DNA of 63,504 bases, filler included. It is 9 parts of 9 records of this genome, joined end to end, with 100 filler letters (N's around TTAATTAATTAA, not from the genome) between each part and the next. Parts side by side here need not be neighbours in the genome. Positions count along the whole stretch, not along the records: positions 58,857 to 63,504 come from SRR20825010_5430; 8 more parts are not named here. One strand, given 5' to 3'. The translations under genes and the position numbers were made by a program. Below, piece by piece: positions 58,857 through 63,504 of this stretch. The stretch's first letter is position 1, and every line of letters begins with the position of its first letter. The notes beneath the pieces were generated by a model. The model saw nothing but the letters and a program-made list of their open reading frames with translations. It searched no databases and was not told the DNA's origin.

Positions 58857-59088
58857 TTGATTACTCATCACTTGCGGGTCTTTTCTTTGGGATACGGGAA
58901 TCTCTCTGTCCGTCGGGATTCCATGACCCGGCGGTAAATTTGCGCGTGTCATACCACAATCGCACAACGCTTGCCGATCAAAATCGCACATTTCACCGCA
59001 ATTGCAAAGCAGACCCGATGACCGGCAGCCATGAATGGCTTGCATAAGGGATGTGAAATTATATGACTTGTGGTCATTTGTGGGTTTA

Positions 59089-59110
59089 ATATATATTACT
59101 TAATATATAT
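59089..59110. promoter_or_regulatory. Palindromic operator candidate for MarR
   Basis: ATATATATTA-CT-TAATATATAT perfect 10-2-10 dyad about 30 nt before marR. Confidence 0.65.
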
Positions 59111-59139
59111 CAACCAATCTACTTTGACAGAGGCACCCA

Positions 59140-59634
59140 TTGGCGTCTTTTAGCGATCCAAAACAGAATATCGGCTTCCTGATGAAGGACGTGACCCGCC
59201 TGATGCGGCGTAATTTTATGCGTCATGCTGGTGATTTCGGCCTGACGCAGGCGCAGATGCAGGCCATGGCCTATGTCGCGCGCAAGGAAGGCATCCGGCA
59301 GGTGGCTTTGGCAGAAATGCTTGAAATCCAGCCCATAACGACGGCGCGTCTGATCGATAAGCTGGTCGAGGAAGGGCTGGTTGAACGCCGTCCGGACCCC
59401 GATGATCGTCGTGCGGTGCAGCTTTATGTAACCGCAAAGGCAACCGAGTTGCTGGAACGGATCATGGTTGTTGCGGCATCTGCCCGCGAAGAGGCGATGA
59501 TCGGTATCACGCCGGAAATGCAGGAAATGCTGATTTCCGTTCTTGGAAAGATGCATGAAAACCTGATGGTGGCCGAACCGCCACAGAAAACGCCCGAAAG
59601 CGCCCCTGCCAAAACGAAAAAGTCAAAAGACTGA
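59140..59634 (+). CDS. MarR-family transcriptional regulator
   Basis: GLTQAQ, GIRQVALAE.LEI...T.ARLIDKL...GLVERRPDPDDRRA; TTG start. Confidence 0.93.
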   Translation: MASFSDPKQNIGFLMKDVTRLMRRNFMRHAGDFGLTQAQMQAMAYVARKEGIRQVALAEMLEIQPITTARLIDKLVEEGLVERRPDPDDRRAVQLYVTAKATELLERIMVVAASAREEAMIGITPEMQEMLISVLGKMHENLMVAEPPQKTPESAPAKTKKSKD

Positions 59635-59650
59635 AGCAAGGCCCTGTATC

Positions 59651-60796
59651 ATGACCGAGAAAAATGAAAATGCTGGCGCATCTGCCGGTAACGGACACAA
59701 TGTTACCAAACGCAAAAAGCGCTGGTTGCGTCCCATATTGCTTCTGGCCGGACCACTTGCGGTGATTGTCGGCGGGGCATACTGGTATTATTCCGGCGGG
59801 CGGTTTGTCGGTACCGAAAATGCCTATATCCATGCCGATATGGTTGCGATCAGTCCACAAATTGACGGACCGATCAGCGAAATCCTGATCCATGAAAACC
59901 AGCGGGTGGAAAAGGGAGACGTCTTGTTTCGCATTGATCCGCGCCCCTATCAGATTGCAGTTGAACGTGCACATGCCAACCTTGCCGCCACTGCGCAGGA
60001 GATTGAGGCGCTGAAGCAAAGCTATGAAGAGCTTCAGGGCAGTCTTGAACTGGCGAAGATCAATCTGGATTTTGCCAAAAAGAAATATGACCGGCAGGCG
60101 GCATTGCGCAAAAGCAATGTCGCGTCGCAGGCATCCTTTGATGAAGCCCAAAATGCGCTTTTGGCAGCAAAGCAGCGCATCGTCCTTGATCAGCGGGCGA
60201 TGAAAACCACATTGGCGAAGCTCGGCGGAAATTACGACACACCGATTACGGATTTGCCGCAATATCAGCAGGCCAAATACGCGCTTGATCAGGCCGAACT
60301 TGATCTTGCCCATACCGAAATTACCGCTCCGTTCCGCGGTGTGATCAGCAACAAACCTGAAGAAGGTGCCTATGCCAAGGCAGGGCAGGCGATGGCGAGC
60401 CTTGTTTCGAGCGATGCCGTCTGGATTGATGCCAATTTCAAGGAAGTTGATCTGACTTATCTTGAACCGGGACAGGAAGCCGAGATTTCGGTCGATGCCT
60501 ATCCGGGCAAGGTCTGGCACGGTGTGGTTCATTCGGTTGCCCCGGCTACCGGTGCAGAATTTTCGGTGATTCCGGCCCAGAATGCGACGGGCAACTGGGT
60601 GAAGGTCGTGCAACGGGTCCCGGTGCGGATCGCCGTTGACATTGAAAATGGCGGTCCTGAATTGCGGGCTGGCATGAGCACCGAGGTCGAGGTGGATACC
60701 CATCACAAACGCGAACTGCCGGCCTTTGCCGCCGCCGCACTTGGCTGGATCGGGATCAATCAGGCCGAAGCTGGTACCGAAGGGGCCGTGCAATGA
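59651..60796 (+). CDS. emrA: HlyD/EmrA-family membrane fusion protein
   Basis: TENAY, V.KGDVLFRIDP, WIDANFKE, ATGAEFSVIPAQNATGNWVKVVQRVPVRI. Confidence 0.9.
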   Translation: MTEKNENAGASAGNGHNVTKRKKRWLRPILLLAGPLAVIVGGAYWYYSGGRFVGTENAYIHADMVAISPQIDGPISEILIHENQRVEKGDVLFRIDPRPYQIAVERAHANLAATAQEIEALKQSYEELQGSLELAKINLDFAKKKYDRQAALRKSNVASQASFDEAQNALLAAKQRIVLDQRAMKTTLAKLGGNYDTPITDLPQYQQAKYALDQAELDLAHTEITAPFRGVISNKPEEGAYAKAGQAMASLVSSDAVWIDANFKEVDLTYLEPGQEAEISVDAYPGKVWHGVVHSVAPATGAEFSVIPAQNATGNWVKVVQRVPVRIAVDIENGGPELRAGMSTEVEVDTHHKRELPAFAAAALGWIGINQAEAGTEGAVQ

Positions 60797-62346
60797 ATGC
60801 AGCCGCCACGGCGGCCAGCGAGACCACGCCGCTTGAACGCGGTCTGACCACCGTTTCGATCATGCTTGCGACGATCATGCAGGCACTTGATACCACTATT
60901 GCAAACGTTGCTCTGCCGCATATGCAGGGTAGTATGGCCGCCACCCAGGATCAGATTTCCTGGGTGCTGACATCCTATATCGTTGCCGCCGCGATCATGA
61001 CGCCACCGACGGGCTTTCTGGCGTCACGGTTTGGTCGCAAGAAGTTGTTTCTGGTGTCTGTCACCGGTTTTACCATTGCCTCCATGTTGTGCGGGGCGGC
61101 TGTTTCCCTGCCGGAAATGGTTGTGTTTCGCTTGTTGCAAGGTGCATTTGGTGCCGGGTTGGTTCCGCTGTCGCAGGCAGTTTTGCTTGATACATACCCC
61201 AAAGAAAAGCATGGCTCGGCCATGGCGATGTGGGGCATGGGTGTGATGCTAGGCCCGATCCTTGGACCGACACTGGGCGGGTATTTGACCGAGTATTACA
61301 ATTGGCGCTGGGTGTTTTACATCAATCTGCCCGTTGGTCTTTTGGCCCTTGGCGGGATCATGGCCTTTGTGACCGAAACCGATAAACGAAAAGGGCTTTC
61401 ATTTGACTGGTTCGGCTTTGCGTTGCTGAGCCTTTCGATTGGCGCGTTGCAGATGATGCTTGATCGCGGGGAAAGCCAGAACTGGTTTTCGTCGTCGGAA
61501 ATCCTGATTGAAACGGCCTTGGCGGCGGTGTGCCTTTATATGTTCATCGTGCATATGTTTACGGCCAGAAATCCGTTTCTGGAGCCGGGGCTGTTTGCGG
61601 ACCGGAACTTTGTTATCGGGTTGTTCTTTATCTTTATCGTCGGTGTGGTGTTGCTTGCGACATTGGCATTATTGCCGCCGTTCTTGCAAAATCTGATGGG
61701 ATATCCGGTGGTGACGGCAGGGATGCTGCTTGCGCCGCGCGGGGTTGGCACGATGATCGCCATGATGCTTGTCGGACGGTTGATCGGCAAAATCGATATC
61801 CGGCTTCTGATCCTGTTTGGCCTGTTCATGACAGCCTTGTCACTTTACCAGATGATGGGCTTTACGACCGAGGTCAGCGAATTCACGATCATCCGCACCG
61901 GGATCATTCAGGGGATCGGGCTTGGGTTTATTTTCGTGCCGCTCAGCACGATTACCTTTGCCACCCTTGATCAGCATTATCGGACCGAGGGTACGGCGAT
62001 GTTCAGCCTGATGCGCAATATCGGATCAAGCATCGGCATTTCAGTGATGACCACGATGCTGACGCAGAATACGCAGGTAATGCATGCAAGCCTTGCCGCG
62101 ACCCTGACGCCATTCCGGATGGCGTTGCAAAGCCCGTGGCTGCCCGAAACTTGGGACTGGCAGAGTGCGACCGGTGCAGTCACCCTTAATCAGGTTGTGA
62201 CAGCACAGGCCAATACGGTTGCCTATCTGAATGATTTTCAGGCGATGATGTGGATCGTGATTGCAGTGGTGCCCTTGCTGCTTTTGATGCAGGGGCCAAA
62301 GCGCAAGGCGCCGTCTCGTGACGAGCATATGGAAGTTATGGAATAG
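60793..62346 (+). CDS. emrB: DHA2/EmrB-family MFS efflux permease
   Basis: MQALDTTIANVALPHMQG, WVLTSYIVA, FRLLQG, GPILGPTLGG, WRWVFYINLPVG, RNIGSSIG. Confidence 0.92.
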   Translation: MNAAATAASETTPLERGLTTVSIMLATIMQALDTTIANVALPHMQGSMAATQDQISWVLTSYIVAAAIMTPPTGFLASRFGRKKLFLVSVTGFTIASMLCGAAVSLPEMVVFRLLQGAFGAGLVPLSQAVLLDTYPKEKHGSAMAMWGMGVMLGPILGPTLGGYLTEYYNWRWVFYINLPVGLLALGGIMAFVTETDKRKGLSFDWFGFALLSLSIGALQMMLDRGESQNWFSSSEILIETALAAVCLYMFIVHMFTARNPFLEPGLFADRNFVIGLFFIFIVGVVLLATLALLPPFLQNLMGYPVVTAGMLLAPRGVGTMIAMMLVGRLIGKIDIRLLILFGLFMTALSLYQMMGFTTEVSEFTIIRTGIIQGIGLGFIFVPLSTITFATLDQHYRTEGTAMFSLMRNIGSSIGISVMTTMLTQNTQVMHASLAATLTPFRMALQSPWLPETWDWQSATGAVTLNQVVTAQANTVAYLNDFQAMMWIVIAVVPLLLLMQGPKRKAPSRDEHMEVME

Positions 62347-62354
62347 GCCAAATC

Positions 62355-62385
62355 AAGCCCCCTGCGCGAAAGGCAGGGGGCTTTT
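62355..62385. terminator. Intrinsic terminator between convergent genes
   Basis: AAGCCCCCTGC / GCAGGGGGCTT 11-bp stem followed by a T run. Confidence 0.8.
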
Positions 62386-62399
62386 GGTTCGATCGTGGT

Positions 62400-63504
62400 T
62401 CAGGCTTCTGCTTCGGCAGCAGCAGATTTGTCGACTTTGCGGATTTCGCCACGGTCGATTTTGGCCCAGTATTGGTTCACTTCGCCGCGTACGACCGACA
62501 TCAGCAGATAAAGGCCAATGACGTTCGGAATGGCCATGGCAAAGATCATGGAATCCGAGAAGTCAATTACGGGACCGAGGCTCATGCTTGCCCCCACGAT
62601 GACACACAGGCAGAAGAACAGCTTGAAGATGATCTCCTTGCCTTTGCCTTCTCCCACAAGATAGGTCCAGGCTTTCAGGCCGTAATAGGACCATGACAGC
62701 ATGGTTGAAAAGGCAAACAGGACCACGGCAAGTGCCAGTACCAGAGGAAACCATGTAAAGGCTGATGCAAATGCCGCCGATGTCAGTTCAACACCGGTCA
62801 GGCCGGAATTGAGTTCGCCGCTGATGGTAATGACAAGGGCGGTCATGGTGCAGATCACAACAGTATCGATAAACGGTTCAAGCAGGGCGACATAACCTTC
62901 TGTCACCGGTTCCTTGGTGCGAACTGCCGAATGGGCGATGGCAGCTGAACCAATACCGGCCTCGTTGGAAAAGGCTGCACGTTTGAAGCCCTGGATCAAG
63001 GCCCCGACAACGCCACCGGCCACACCGGCCCCGGTAAAGGCCCCGACGAAAATGTCGCTAAACGCCTGACCGACCATGCCGATATTGCTGATGATAATAA
63101 CCAGCCCGGCGGTGACATAAATGACAGCCATGAAAGGCACGATTTTTTCGGTGACCTTGGCAATCGATTTGATGCCGCCAATGATGACCGAGCCAACGAT
63201 GACGGCCATGATCAGGCCGAATAGCCAGCCGCTTCCGGCAAGGAAGCTGTTTTCACCACCGGTAACATTGACGACCTGCTGGAAGGCCTGATTGGCCTGA
63301 AACATATTGCCGCCACCAACAGCACCACCGATGCAGCAGATCGAAAAGAGGATGGCGAGCGCCTTGCCCAGTCCGGGTTTGCCTTTTTCAGCCAAGCCTT
63401 TGGAAAGGTAATACATCGGTCCGCCCGATACGCGACCATCGGGATATTCATTGCGATATTTGACCCCTAATGTGCATTCGGTGAATTTCGATGCCATGCC
63501 CATC
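62400..63504 (-). CDS. Alanine/glycine:cation symporter (AGCS), 5' part outside the window
   Basis: [59 protein letters not shown]. Confidence 0.94.
   Translation of the reverse strand, partial: MGMASKFTECTLGVKYRNEYPDGRVSGGPMYYLSKGLAEKGKPGLGKALAILFSICCIGGAVGGGNMFQANQAFQQVVNVTGGENSFLAGSGWLFGLIMAVIVGSVIIGGIKSIAKVTEKIVPFMAVIYVTAGLVIIISNIGMVGQAFSDIFVGAFTGAGVAGGVVGALIQGFKRAAFSNEAGIGSAAIAHSAVRTKEPVTEGYVALLEPFIDTVVICTMTALVITISGELNSGLTGVELTSAAFASAFTWFPLVLALAVVLFAFSTMLSWSYYGLKAWTYLVGEGKGKEIIFKLFFCLCVIVGASMSLGPVIDFSDSMIFAMAIPNVIGLYLLMSVVRGEVNQYWAKIDRGEIRKVDKSAAAEAEA

Noticed and set aside
58857-59045. 78-aa minus-strand ORF and a weak sigma54-like GG-N10-GC
   Set aside because: Only the last few codons (MSNQ) plausibly start a truncated gene, and the promoter match is too degenerate to call

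Overview
This window is not one locus. It is nine unrelated contig fragments joined by eight artificial 100-nt linkers (N44-TTAATTAATTAA-N44), so gene neighbourhoods are valid only within a fragment. (A, 1-6491) Rhizobiales-like: MerR fragment, SDR, folD, a kinase-less GumC/Wzc with very long disordered tails, and a flippase. (B, 6592-9794) leuD, a CitE-like lyase, DUF1737 and a sulfotransferase-like ORF. (C, 9895-26701) a PuuE-like hydrolase/ALDH/asparaginase operon, plus a De Ley-Doudoroff (dgoKAD) cluster built around YphF/E/D/B-like ABC transporter and epimerase genes and a GMC oxidoreductase. (D, 26802-34813) alphaproteobacterial flagellar export genes, cckA and recA. (E, 34914-38409) core of a satellite/PICI-like or integrative mobile element: AlpA, Prim-Pol/helicase, an inverted-iteron origin candidate and a serine recombinase with an SOS box. 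(F, 38510-44944) a polysaccharide biosynthesis cluster with an FrhB-like gene. (G, 45045-54109) lower-GC, probably betaproteobacterial: cyoBA, MFS, NMO, DUF305, LVIVD, crotonase, a His-rich peptide, a frameshifted MBL and LysR. (H, 54210-58756) a peptide ABC transporter. (I, 58857-63504) marR-emrAB and an Ala/Gly symporter. Best leads: the fragment E replication/recombination module, an unannotated ~185-nt structured RNA candidate just downstream of folD, the yph-dgo pathway linkage, and the IDR-bearing Wzc with a CtrA-like box. No rRNA, tRNA or CRISPR array was recognised. All family and taxon calls come from motif recognition by eye, not database searches.
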